Assembly (NCBI GenBank): GCA_001949185.1
Contig: BDGG01000003.1
Span: 845,577-909,576 of the forward strand
Length of the DNA stretch: 64,000 bases
Direction: 5' to 3'
Source of the DNA: Ramazzottius varieornatus
Taxonomy: Eukaryota; Animalia; Tardigrada
Part shown: positions 38,180-50,989 of the stretch, piece after piece
Layout: every line of letters starts with the position of its first letter
Numbering within the stretch: the first letter of the stretch is position 1
The notes under the pieces: model-generated
The model's input: the letters and a program-made list of their open reading frames with translations, nothing else
Database searches by the model: none
What the model was told of the DNA's origin: nothing
Translations under genes and position numbers: made by a program

Positions 38180-39782
38180 TTTATTTGAACATCACCGAAG
38201 GAGAAACGGAAACAAGAATGTTACTCTTACTGTCTTACGAAAATAATGAATTTAGATTAGTTTTGAGTTTCGATTCACAGCGGTCGTTCATCCGATTGAT
38301 CAACTGATTGAGCCCTCTGTCGACGATCCATGCTGTTTGACTCTCTGGCGCGTGTCTGCCTGCTAGTACTGCGGCCTGCGCCTTTGTTGAGCCATGGCTC
38401 AAGCCCCTTTGTTGGATATTTTTACAGCCGTCGGTATCTACGTCATCGCGGACTTCCTACGTTACAGCGGGAACAGACCAGATCCTAGAAGGGCATGTCC
38501 GGGACATCCAGGAACTACAGCTGTAGCTCTATTAAATGCGGTTCAACGAACACTAAAAGTAAAACGACCTAAGCTGCTGGGTTGCAGTACCCCTGCACGG
38601 ACCAAATTACGCTGGTGAACAAAATGACCATCTGTCGTTCAAAGCTTCTGTCGAGGTCTATTTCGGTTGATCAAATGTGACTTGAAATATTTGATGCGAA
38701 CAAACGTGACAGTGATGGAAGGTATGGATATCTTTCTCGTTCGTACCATGGCCAAGGACGTCACGTTTGAATAACCTGCAAGCAAAGCAGTGTGAGGTCA
38801 GTGCGCCAGTTGTTCAGTCATCTCATCCGCCATCCACAGACTCTCCATTATGGCTCTCATCCCATTCATGATTTCAACCATCCTGGTCGCTATTCTGTTG
38901 CCCAGTGTGATCAAGATGCAGCTAGCTTATGTCAACCTTCTTCTCCGTCCAGGACAGGGAAATAATCCATTCGAGAGAAACTGCATTGTACCAGATTTCA
39001 TCGATCTGGCACCGGTAGCAGCTAAGTTTCACCGAAGGGCCCTTGAAGGGGCGCTTTGGACGTGTTGGACAGCTTACACATTATTCATTTATTCGATCGT
39101 TTAGCGTATGTTATTTTTCAGTACTTTGTTTGCGATTATTGAAACTTACAGTACGCCGTTTTGACGAATCATCGAGTTCTGTGACACATACGAAGACGCC
39201 GGCTTTTCCCACACTTAGCTTTCAAGAGGGTATCTTTTTTCCTGGACGTGCAACCTGGACTTCAAACGTGTTTCTAAAAATCGTAGTTGTTTTGGGATCC
39301 ATTAACGTGGAATTCCAAAAAAGGCCAGGATGTTTCTCGTTCCAGAAACTTACGTAGCATAGCAAGAACGCAATTGCATGGAGTGCTGTCGCAGCGGCGC
39401 TTGAAAAGTTGAAACCTCCTATTCATGTACTTCAAGACCCGTGGCGCCACCTTGCTCTTTGAGGCTCTGGACATGACCGCAACTCCTGGTACTGGTCTAA
39501 CGCACAGGACAACGATACCCTGTAGGAGTGGTAGGGCGGTGAAACTATAGAGTGAGGTGTTAGTGATCATGTTACCATACCGACTATTAGTGGCCGGTCA
39601 CAGCGCTTAAGACAAAATCGGCCGGTATAAGGGAGGGTGCACGTGTGCACTCGGTGGCTATACGTTTATGAACGTGATCTTCTCCAGCGTTGCGTCATGA
39701 AACTTCGGAAGGAAGATAAAGGTGATCAAGTGTCCGGTGTCGGAAATGCGGAACGAGTTATCAAGTTCGAGAACACCCAAAT

Positions 39783-41711
39783 ATGGCAACCGTAGCGCCG
39801 AATGCCCCACTCCTTCTTGCATCAGTTCCCTCTACCGAAGACCCGGCTTCGGACTCACCAGGTATAGATGACTCGCCCGAATTGTCCTTCGGTTACCTTC
39901 CAGCGGACCTTACTGTTGAACGTCAAGCACCAGCGGCTCTTCGAGGCAAAGAACTAAAGCGATGGAAGGAAGCCGAGAAACAGCGGGTGAAAAAGGAAAA
40001 GAAACTAGCGAAGATCAGGGCTGAACAGGAAAAGAAAGACGCAAAGAGAAGACAGAGTGAAAGTAAGAAGGATGAGAAACGTCTAGCAAGCGATGCCAGG
40101 AAGGCAGAAAAGGAACGGTTAAAGGAGGAAGAGAAACAAAAGAAATATTATAAGAAGAGGGGATGGAGATGGCCACCGCAACCGGAAGTAGAGCCTGGGG
40201 CCGAGGTGTCACCCCCACCATCATCAGGGCTCGAACCAGAGGCTGATATAGTCATAGAGCCCGAACAAGAAATCGTCACTGGAACCATACGGAAAGCGAA
40301 ACGGACATTGACGGAAGAAGTGAAGGATTTGACTTTGATGATTTCGGGGTTGTTTGACGAAGTGCAGAAGAGAAGGAAAGTAGTTGTGGATCTGGAGCTG
40401 AAGAACACCGAGTTGTCGAAGGATGTGGAGAAAGAGCACGAAGTGTACGCAGCGCTGCGGAGGGACTTGCATGGAATCAATAAGGACTATAAAAAGGCCG
40501 ACCGGGATTACAAAAAGGGCCAAAAGAAGGTCGTTGTCGATAAACACTATCTACGCAAGAACGCTACGCTGCAGAAGAAGATTATCGAAACTAACATTGA
40601 TTTGCTGGCGGAAATGACGGTAGTGGAAGAAGTCATACCCAATGTTTGCCGATGGTTACGACTTGATCGCGTCAACGAACAAAAACGGTAAGCTTATCGG
40701 AGTAACCATATCGAAGGAATGCCTGGGACGTGACCCAATGACTTGGACCACCTCGTATTCCACCCGTCCAGCCAATAGCAACAACAACGTGCGCAGAAAG
40801 GGACGTAGGCGAATGAGTTGAGCCAGATTGTCATCTCAAGTGACGCAGATTGACGGTGTTACCGGCTGCCGGCGTGCGCCACTTGTGGTGACAATATGGT
40901 TTAATTCATCTGTCCACGTCTCGTTTTTCGGCGACCTTCAGTGTTTTACGAATTGCGCTGGTTTTCGACAGGTGTATCAAGCAACTGCGGCGCCGTCTGG
41001 AAAAGAAGCGTAAGCTTTTGGCGGAACTTCAGAAAGAAATTGCCGAGAAGGAAGCCAACTCGAACCAAGTGTGCTTGACCTCAGAGCGTCTGCAGCACGA
41101 AATGGAAGATAAACGCCTATTCCAGTCACAGTCGGTCGGCGTAACGCATCTACGCTCGGTGGCGTATGGTCTCTCGCGTGCGCAGTACCAAAGCGACGAT
41201 GTGGCACGCGAAGTGGAGTTTAGCAGGGAGATGAATAGTAGCCAATATAATGCCTTCAACAACGAGCTGCATTGGAAGGTCTTCTTGTACCGAGAGAAGA
41301 CTCAGGTAGAAACGATTTGCATGAGTGTGACTAATTTGTTCACGACATTGTATCGTTGTCATAATCGTGTAGGTCATGCAAGACGTCGTAGCTCGAGCAT
41401 TCCAACCAAAAGCCTACTTGAGGGGGAAGCCACGAGCCTTTGTGGCCGACTTGACGGACTTGGCACGGAAGGTAATCTCACAGGAGCAAAAAGAATGGCT
41501 GAAAAACCAGATGCAGCTGAGCTTTACGCACAAGAATCTGGTGGTACTTGAGTATCGAAACCTGCTGTTGGAAATCCAGCATAGGAATGCAAGGATGTAC
41601 AATAAATTGGTTAAGTTGCGCAGAAGAGTACATTTCGCTCTGGAGAAACGTCGGCAGTATCTGGAAGACTCGAGATGCCACGCAGAAGCCACCAACATTA
41701 TCTACGTCTAA
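39783..41711 (+). CDS. Uncharacterised K/E/R-rich coiled-coil protein
   Basis: Exons 39783-40687, 40972-41305, 41373-41711 splice in frame; heptad-rich charged sequence. Confidence 0.7.
40838..40884. repeat. Palindromic 12-23-12 repeat (locus G), intron of coiled-coil gene
   Basis: aagtgacgcaga-N23-cgtgcgccactt; degenerate unit with a similar spacer just upstream (40753-40799). Confidence 0.8.
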
Positions 41712-42913
41712 ACCCGTTCTGGAGTTCTGCGGAGAATCTTTTTTCGTACTGCAGTTGTTTTTGTAAAGTTTCGAAACTTCGGAGTTCGAGTCGACCGTTA
41801 AAGCAGAACAGTAATTCCAAAAATTCATAATGGCTTCGACTGAACTTGTACAGTGGTTCCTGATGTACTTGCTTGCATGCATTTCGGTTGAAAGTGCCAT
41901 CCATTGATTTGTGGCAGAATCGATTTTTAAATCCAAACTACAGAATACACTTGACACCTTACACCTATCTTGTTTACAGTTAATTAATTGTTACTCAAAA
42001 GAGATTCAGACGGCATCGGCGATCTAATTTCGTCGGTGAAGTGATCCGGTGTCTGACCGTGCAATCGGCTGAGTTTCACGGGTTTGTTTGCGTTATGATC
42101 GAGTAGCTCGCTGGTCTAGCAGGGACTCCGTCGGGTTTTTTTAAATGGCACCATGATCTTGTCAGCCCTCGAGCTGTGTGCATCCGGCTGCTACGAGGGG
42201 GTACCACGCCCCAAGGATAGCGACGAACCAGTCGAGCACGAATGTCGCCCAGCCCGCCTGTCTCCGACGTGCTTCGTCACGGTCAGCAAATTCGCCCCCC
42301 TAACCACGAAGAAAGGCTCTCCGTTTCTTCATTCGGGTCAATTACGTAGTAAGACATCGCCTCTTCTTTTCAAATCTACTCGGTCCTGATTTCTTCATGC
42401 TGTTGGGGAACCGTGACGGTCATTCGATATCCGTGCAGGATAGTGGTATTAAAGTGTTACATCATAAACCATAATCCGGTCACGATAAGGCCGTATTATC
42501 TTTTATCACAGCCTGCAGGACACTCCCAATGGTGGTCTGCTGACGTCCCTGCTGTTTCCAGGCCTCCCACGTATTTTTCGATGTCTTTTGACGGAAATAA
42601 TCACTCTCTATTATTAGAAGATATAAAGGCACGGTGCCTGCTCCACTTTTTCGAATTCTAAAGGTGATTCGGATGACCGAGGAGACAGTGTGTGAAAATC
42701 TGCACAGAAAATTTCTTTCACAATAGATAATCTAAGGAAGGTTTCTTCCGATCACCTTCGTGGAGTTGAAGAAAACGGGTCTCCGTTTGCCGAGCGTCAC
42801 AGTACTGTAGTAGTGTAGATGCTGCGTCCATTGAAGATGCTGACAGGGTGAAAATGAGAGCTAATCATACGCACGCTCTAAAGTGAAGGCTCACACAACG
42901 ACGGGAAAATATA

Positions 42914-44399
42914 TCACACTCTTCGGATGAGAAACCCAGCAAAGGCCAGTGCAAACTCAATGATACCCACGCCTATCTGGATCATGTTCAGTGTGAGCGT
43001 GATCAAGACCGGCCCTCGAATGTACTCAATGTGTTCCTCATAGAAGGCCCACCATAGCGACAGGACATAGACGAGGTAGCCACTGACGCCCAGCAAGCTG
43101 CTGGACATGAGAAGAGCCAGACAGTTCAGGACCTTTAGCATGTAGAAATGTTCCCCGAGGTCTCGCAACGTCGCATTGGTAATGAACTTCCCGGCACCGA
43201 TGGACAAGACACCTTGGACGATGTAGGTGATGGCCGCCACCACTCCGATGGCCGACTTGGCAAGTGAAGGGGCGTCCCAGTGCCAGTCGTAAATTGTGTA
43301 CTGCTGACACATAAAGTTCACTGCAGAAACAGAGAATTGTTATGTTTGTCCAAAAACTTTAGTTCTGAACTCCAAACCTTCAACGTTTTACAATCTTATG
43401 AAAGCGTTGCTAACACTTTCAAAAGTTGGATGTTCCTTTCGATATCGGTTCTTCCTATCATCGCGATGCGGTCATTGAGAAACCGATGGTTTCTTTTAAC
43501 AAACGGCAGCGACTTAAAATGGACCTAGGCCGTAGACAGGAAGTGAGTTTGCTTGTACGAGGTTTGGAGCGGTGGTGCGTTGCACAAACTGATCTCCCTC
43601 CAAGCATAAAAAGTGTGGCCTGTTCGGTCTATGGTACACGTCAATCACGAACGACCTGCGTTATCACTTTAATGTTATCCCACTATTCATCTTATTGTTT
43701 TTGTGGGATAGATTCAGCGAAATTTTGTGTCAATGCAAGGAGAAACAGTGTATCGATATCACAACGGGATACCTGCGCGGTTGCACTCGTATGTTGTTCA
43801 ATATCCCAAGCGTGCCGTCTTTCCGGTCATAATAATCATTCTCAATCATCAAAACAAGGCTAAGGAGCAGGTCGAATTTTGATGGGGGAGTTGCACGTGT
43901 GAATAACAATATTATGTTCGAAAATTCAATCGATTGCCAGTAGCCTGGAAAAACATTGAATCTTGATACTCAAACGTCGGTCTTTCGGGTTTTCCGAACG
44001 CAGTTCGTAGCTTTTCTGAGAGCGATGAAGTGATCAGAGCATCGGACCTCAAACTGGAATGCGCCCCCATTCTGAGCTAGAGTTTAGGCCGTAAGGATGC
44101 ACAGTTCATCGAGTTTAGTTCCGTTCCAACTATGAGCTTTTTAACCGCAGCAACTTTGAAAATGCGCCACTGAGACTTGAGTAACAAAGGTACGAACCTC
44201 CAATTTGAACCAAGAAGGCAAGAATTCCCAGAAAGACGTGGCCCATGCCTAGCAGTTTTAGATAGTCTGCTGTCCGCATTTTGGCCCATTTTGGTCGGTG
44301 TGTCGAAGGCAGCGGGGAGAGTCGAGGGTCCTCCTCTCGGTCACGACTCAGAAAGGCTTGAGTCAAGGCAGCTTCCGCGTCCATCTTCAATTCCGCCAT
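42914..44399 (-). CDS. Four-TM membrane protein, MS4A/CD20-like
   Basis: Exon 44399-~44198 (LLGMGHVFLGILAFLVQIG) joins in phase 1 to 43320-42914 (IGVVAAITYIVQGVLSIGAG; VLNCLALLMS; IQIGVGIIEFALA). Confidence 0.65.
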
Positions 44400-47300
44400 C
44401 CCTTTTCAGGTCCTTCAATAGCCACTCATCCAAATTAATAAATTAGAAGGGTCCTTCAGCAATTATCCGCTGTTGAGGAGGATCCCGTCCCTCGCTTGGT
44501 GACTCATGTCTCGATGACAGAACGGCGTGCACGATTCAGAGAACTCGTGAGCTGTAGACATCGTTCTGTTCGATGGCTAACATGAATTTATAGCGATGGC
44601 TTTTCTTACACTATCAAGATGGGAACAAAATGCTGAAGCAGGCTTCTGACTGGACTTCTCAAGATGGATGTAATGGAGTGTAAGTAATGTGTTGAAGTCG
44701 ATGTGGATTCTAGACGGTCGATCCAAAAAACGACCAGATGGGACTTTCTGAAAATAATTTCTTAAGAAGAAGGGAAAGAAGAGCGCTGGTGAAAGCCGGT
44801 GGATAAATATTGGAGCCCACAAAGCCAAACATTGGCAAATAAACGATGCACTAGAAAAGCAGCTGTATCGTTGTGGACCCAACAGAAATATGGACTAACC
44901 GGTCGATGGGACGGTTTTTCAACTAAAAAATATAGATCGCAATCACGGTGAAGGAGAAAGAGGAAAATAGTGTCCCTGGTGACAAGTAGAGCTCCTGTTC
45001 ATCCAATACGGCCCTTACGCATTTCCATAAACTGCCGCCATGACGAAAGTGGTGCCGCACTCACGGATCAAACGGAAGGCAATATGCTCTTGGGTGATGT
45101 GTGTATCTGGCTCCATACGACCGGATGTCCTCTCCCACATTAAAACGGGGGGATTCTATGCGACTGCGCCTCTATACCCTTTGCGCTGAAAGACAGCTTT
45201 AAAACTCCGTTGCAGACAAATCGATTCCAAGCCCAAATCTCGACATTTAATCATAATACCGATGGCTGGCGCATGTCGGCTATATGGATTTTCTTTATTG
45301 GGTGTCGTACGTTCACGCCAGTGTGGCCGCCTTGAACATCAATGCAGCTTCCGGCTGTTAGGCACGGCTTAAGCGGATATGGAGGAGCCCAGATGCTAAC
45401 GGCAATTACTTCCTCTCATCCCCTTTCCCATACTGATCCTCGTCTGCACGTTCGCCACTTTCCTCCGGAAACCCAAGTGTTGTATTGTGGAGAACAATCG
45501 TATGTACGCAATTTGAAACTAACACCGACGAACAAGGTTCGCGAACTGGCAAAGGTTTTCGGTGAATGGGTAATTTCGCACATGCTCTATCGAAATGTTC
45601 TGAAAACGGACACGAGATAAATCGTTGATAGCTACCTGGTTACAAGTAGCTTGAACGGAATGCAATCCAGACACTTAAGAAAACGGACGATCATTGGAAA
45701 TGAGAACACAAGGCACGGCTAGTCTCTCATCGTAGATCAACGTCATGGTGTCGAGCGGGTGACACACAAACACGGCTGCTGCGTTCTCAGCTTCAGCGTA
45801 CAGGTGGAGCCACATTTCAGCCTAATAGTACGCGCTGGTAAACATGAAAAACTTTACGGACGAGTTATTGGTGCAGCGAACAAATATTGACGAGGACTTT
45901 GACTTTCGCTCGCTGGATACTAACCGATGACAGGTCAGTACAACGAGCTGCCAGTGTTCCGTTCAACAGTCTGAGGGGACGACGCGGATCCATCAGGAGC
46001 AAATTTGTTCTGAAAACAGGAAACGTATAGGTTTGCTGTTGGGTGTAGCAGTGGACGAATAAGCTACCTAGTCGATGTGAGCCAGCAGTAGGTGTTATAT
46101 ATGACTTCACTGCCACCACCCCAAGGACCCGGGAAAGATATGCGGGTTCCGATACGAAGTAACACTACTATGATCTCCGTCCCGTAGATCCAGCGATTGC
46201 CGTATAAGTCTTCATCAAGTAATGTGCTCGCAGAGCATCAGAATTCTGGTTAGATGACTATAAAAGTATTTCAGCTGACACATAAACCAGATGATTACTG
46301 ACGATCGCTGTAAAGCTTGACGGACGCACAAAATTTTCGAGCGAAACTAGTTTCATTGCCAGAGAGGTATTTGAGTCGCTGCGTTTGGCATGGTTCTGCT
46401 GACATCGGGACTGTTCCTGTCCCCAACTTCGACGGAACCCGGGAACTTATTGGCACGGTGATGGTGGTGGTTTCTCTATGAGTAGACAGCTCAAGAATAC
46501 TGTCACATAGACCAATCGTCAGTTTGTCCGGTCTGCGATCGAAACGTTGAAGTTTAAAGCGGGGGAACACAACGATACTGCAAGCCACCAATGCTGGACA
46601 GAGTTTCTACAGTCCGTTCCAGCCAAGCGTATACACCTTCGAATACTGTGCTGTCCAGAGTTCAGTTTCATGCTTTCTCCCCCAGCCATCCACAACCTTA
46701 CGAAACTTTTCCGGCTGTTTTCTTTGGTGTATAGTTTTGTCCATTGCGCTTAGAAGGCTCGGAAATCTAGTCAGTGTGACTTCCGGTGAGGGGAAATGTG
46801 TACTCACAACGATCAGTTCTCTACAGAAGTCCGTCTTCCAGTTCCTACATTCAATCTAATTTTGAATGATGTAAAACTATTTGGGGTATCGTTTGATATC
46901 AGAAAAGGACGCTCAGTCTTTCACCTCAATTGATAGGAAAACAAAAATGGAGAATTGTGTTGGTTTTGCCGGCAAACCACCTCTACCGAAGTCAAAAAAA
47001 TTTTAAGCTACAGATTAGTCATTACTACCACTTCAGAAAGCTCGATTCACTGTGTAGTAAATTTCACTGTCAGAACTGTGAAACCTTGACCAGAAACCGG
47101 AAGTACGATTTTCGAAAACTGACTCAATGTTAGAAAAGGTTGGTGTCTCAAGGACTTCTTGTTTCTGCTGAAAGTCTTCCTCAGGTATAGTGCTGCACAG
47201 TTTAACAAAACTGTTTCCTATTTTCAGTAGACCATTGTTTAAGGTACGTTTTTATCCTTTTGTTTGTCCAAAAGAAGTTCGCGGCGTGTGTGAGAACGCT

Positions 47301-50300
47301 TCTTTTCGAAATCACCGTGCCTTTCTGCGCCTTCCGCATCATCAAATCAACGGATGGTGAGATCTTAAGACACACGTAGCGTGAAAGCCAAAAGCTTGTT
47401 GAACAACTATCATGACATTGTTTGGGGGATAAAAGTTCGAATATGCGCTGGATGGCAGGAATTTCTACACGTATTTGCTCCGTTCTACGCATGTCCTCGT
47501 TCCAAGTCGGTTTGCGACTTTCCCGATGCGCTTTCGTAGGCGGTTTTTTTTGTAAAAGAGAAAACATAGCAATACTTCATTACCAAAAATCAACGACACT
47601 GACGAGAAAACACCCAGTCGACCGTGCCAAATTTTCCAAACCACTGTATACACTTGCCTTGAACGGACTTGTAGACACTTTGTATCCAGGGCGCAGTAAA
47701 GAACTGCACGACGAGAATCTCGACTTCTGGCCCGTATAAGCTCGCAGATGACACGTTAGCGAGACAAACCGTTATCGTCGGATTCGAAAGGATGGAAGGG
47801 CTGCAGGATTATATGAGATCCACATATCTAAAAACAAGATACCGACTTCAGAGCGCTCTCAGCTCAACGCCCCGTTTCACAGGTCCGCAGATACAGCTGT
47901 AAAGCGTACTCGCATAATTTTCTATAGTCGGCCTCCACGTTAAACATGCTGATACCCGTCATCCATGGACCTACTGTACAATGGTGATTGGCGAGCGTGT
48001 TAAAAGGTATCAATATCACGGTGGAACAAAAACGTTCGATTTTGGCTGGCAGGCAATTTCTCGAAGTTAGAAGAAATATATCAAACGATGTGGAGTACGT
48101 GCGTATGATTACTTCGGTCTCATAGATGGTACCATGGTCAGGGGACGCGTAAGCTGTACCGTACGTGCTTCAAGCACCACCAACGGACCACCGCATGGTC
48201 CCGTCTAACTGACGTACGCAAATTACCGGAGAGAATACTGTAATGCTTCATGGACTTTGCGAATTACGTCTTAGTGAGCGTGTGCTGTATGCGTCATCAC
48301 ACCCGTAAACCCTACGTGCACTGTGAGGTAACTTCGCGAAGTTCATAAAGCATTAGAGTACAGTGGTCTCTTTTCACAACACCCGCGGATGTTGTGAGAG
48401 AGACCACTGGACAGCAGTCCTTGTTCCGCACTAAGACATCCCGTGTTAGCTGATACGATATGGTATATCCCAAGGCACACGGTACTGTTTAAAGCTTACC
48501 TGTTCCACAAAAACAGGCGGGATCTCCACACGGTTTTCGGCGGTATAATAATCATTTGCTTGTAAACGAGATCTCCCACAAAGCGGGGATGTCTCCCGGG
48601 ACTCCACCCTAGTCGTTCATTCAACCAGTAGATTTGCATCAGGTAGTTGACTCGAACGACCTGAATGTACTGGTCTGTGGTCTATAGGGAGAAAACCCAA
48701 ACAGGCACCAGGACCTTCTCAGCCACTACTACATCATCCAAGACACTAAGTCTTACGAACTTTCCCAATGAGCTCAGCTGAATCTCCAGACCTACGGGTG
48801 GTCCGCTGCCATTTGCATTTGGGATGATTTTAATGTCTTCGGGATTAAGACCGAACGCAGGATACCGCTTGTAATCCAAGACCTTCCGTTAGTCATCGGA
48901 CCTGGATCTGACAAAACTGCTCGAAAGCAGTAGCAACAACCACAAAGACCATTTTTAGAGTCATGTCCAGTAAGCTTCTGCGGCACAAACAGCCCCCACA
49001 GGCAATCTCGATTTTCGAACAGGAAGCTGAGAAGTCGTCGAGCAACTGCTGCAAGGATAGGTGGCGCCAGCTGGATTTGCTGACGTCTTTTTTATTACAG
49101 TCTGTCTCAGCCAAGTTGGCGCTAAGGAAGTTTTCTTCCTTTCGAAAGTTGGGCGTTTTTAATTTTAGGTTCATTCTTTTTGTAGTCAAGACAGCTCACA
49201 ATCTGAACTTCGTTTTCGCTTTTGATGATAGAATTGGTCAGGAACGGAGTTCAAAAAGAAATTTCGCCGGAAACTCACGAGGGTGTCAAAAACGCTTGTA
49301 TAAAATAAGCTCCAGAATATTCAAAAGTTGCTTCGGTTAATGTCAGTACAGAAATGTTCATTCCGTTTAGTGAGAGTAGGTTCATGGTACTCAAAATAAT
49401 ATTAACGAGAAGATATACGCAGAACTGCCGGTTTTGTCGTTTTCCCTGTATATCTTCCCTTTCACAAGAAGTGTTGTCTTGAAGCCCACAGTGGCTAGAA
49501 TATTCCAATATTTTCAGAACCAATCAACAATTGGTTGTGCTAAGTAATGTTTTCATGATTGGTGAGTGCCATATCCCGACGTTGCTGTGGAATCTTTTCC
49601 GTCAAAGTCCTGAAAGGGGCCAAAGCTGCTTTTATTGTGGCGTGGACACTTCAAGTTGCATGTGGCTCTATTTTATTGGTCACCTGTTTTCGGAAAGCTT
49701 CCGCAAATACTCCATACTGCAGCTTTCGGGCTAATTTTTAGTACCAACACAGTAGGATAAGCTTCATTGTGCATCGAGCAAACGTCGTTCGGGTGATCTT
49801 GCAAAGCATATTTTAAGGGCTTCCTTGTTTTCAGTCGTTATGCCGAACTACGACGTCCGAGCGATTAAGGGTATAAGAGTTAAGCTCCACTATTCGGCAG
49901 GCCAATTTTTCCATCATAATTCGGGCGGCGCGAAAAATTGATACGTTATTTACTATGCTGTATTGATTGATCATCGTACATCGGTTGATAAAACTTTAGG
50001 CTTTTCAACATTAAGCAGACCCCTCTTCCTTTTACCGCTGACTCCTCAGTTCTGTGACATCTTCCTATCTCTATAACTATCACGAGAGATCAAGAGTGTC
50101 TGTTCTAGCCCGGTAAACAAAAACTAGGCGATTTGGAGCACAAAGAGCCGAGATACAGACCGCCCGAATTGTGATGAGAACATCGGTCCGACCGAATTGT
50201 GGAGTTTACCTCGTACTGTCTATCTCTTAAACTATGGTCATGGTGACGTTTTGGTACCAGGATCTACAGATTAAAAAAACACAGATAGTTTGCTATTAGT

Positions 50301-50989
50301 TTTTCAATGTATGCGATGAAGGTGCAGAGAACGGGTCAGGCCGGAGTTTTCGCCAAGCGCGACTTCTTCGCGCCGACCTGAAAAATCACTGCGCGAGAGT
50401 TTGACCCCGCCAACAGACCTTTCAGATGTCAAACTGAATGCTCCATCGTTTAAACATAAGCAGAGAGTTGGATTGTACAGTAGTCCGAAAGAGTTAAAAC
50501 TATTTTCAAAAACACTGCCAACTTGGCTGAGACAGACTGTATTTTGATTGAGGGTCATTTCGCGCTACTGTTGTACCCATTGCAATAGGTGAGCTTCAGC
50601 TCATATAACTCGATTTCATTTACAAGTAAAGCTAGAAATTTTTCAGAACTGACATAGCAAACCCTAAAGGACGCTATGTACCGATACAGCACAGGGAAAA
50701 ACTAAAATACATTCAAAACATGTCTCGATGAGCGAGGAGAAAAGAATGATCACACAAGAGGTTAAGTTCGTGCTTCGCTGTGAATGAGAAGGGTGGCTAA
50801 TTTCCCCCGAGACACCAAGGCCATCGTCTCGCGTCAAGCCTCCAGCGGGCAAAAAGCTGCAAATTGAATGAAAGTACCAAAAGACAAAACTGTAAAACTG
50901 CCACCCAACTTTTGTGACAGAGAAATTCCCAATGCGCTCCTAATATTGACTCTTTTGCTGATCGAAGGATGGGCGACGTTCGTTGATAG

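Noticed and set aside
38850-39104. 84-aa hydrophobic ORF upstream of SMU1
   Set aside because: No family motif; could be a chance ORF.
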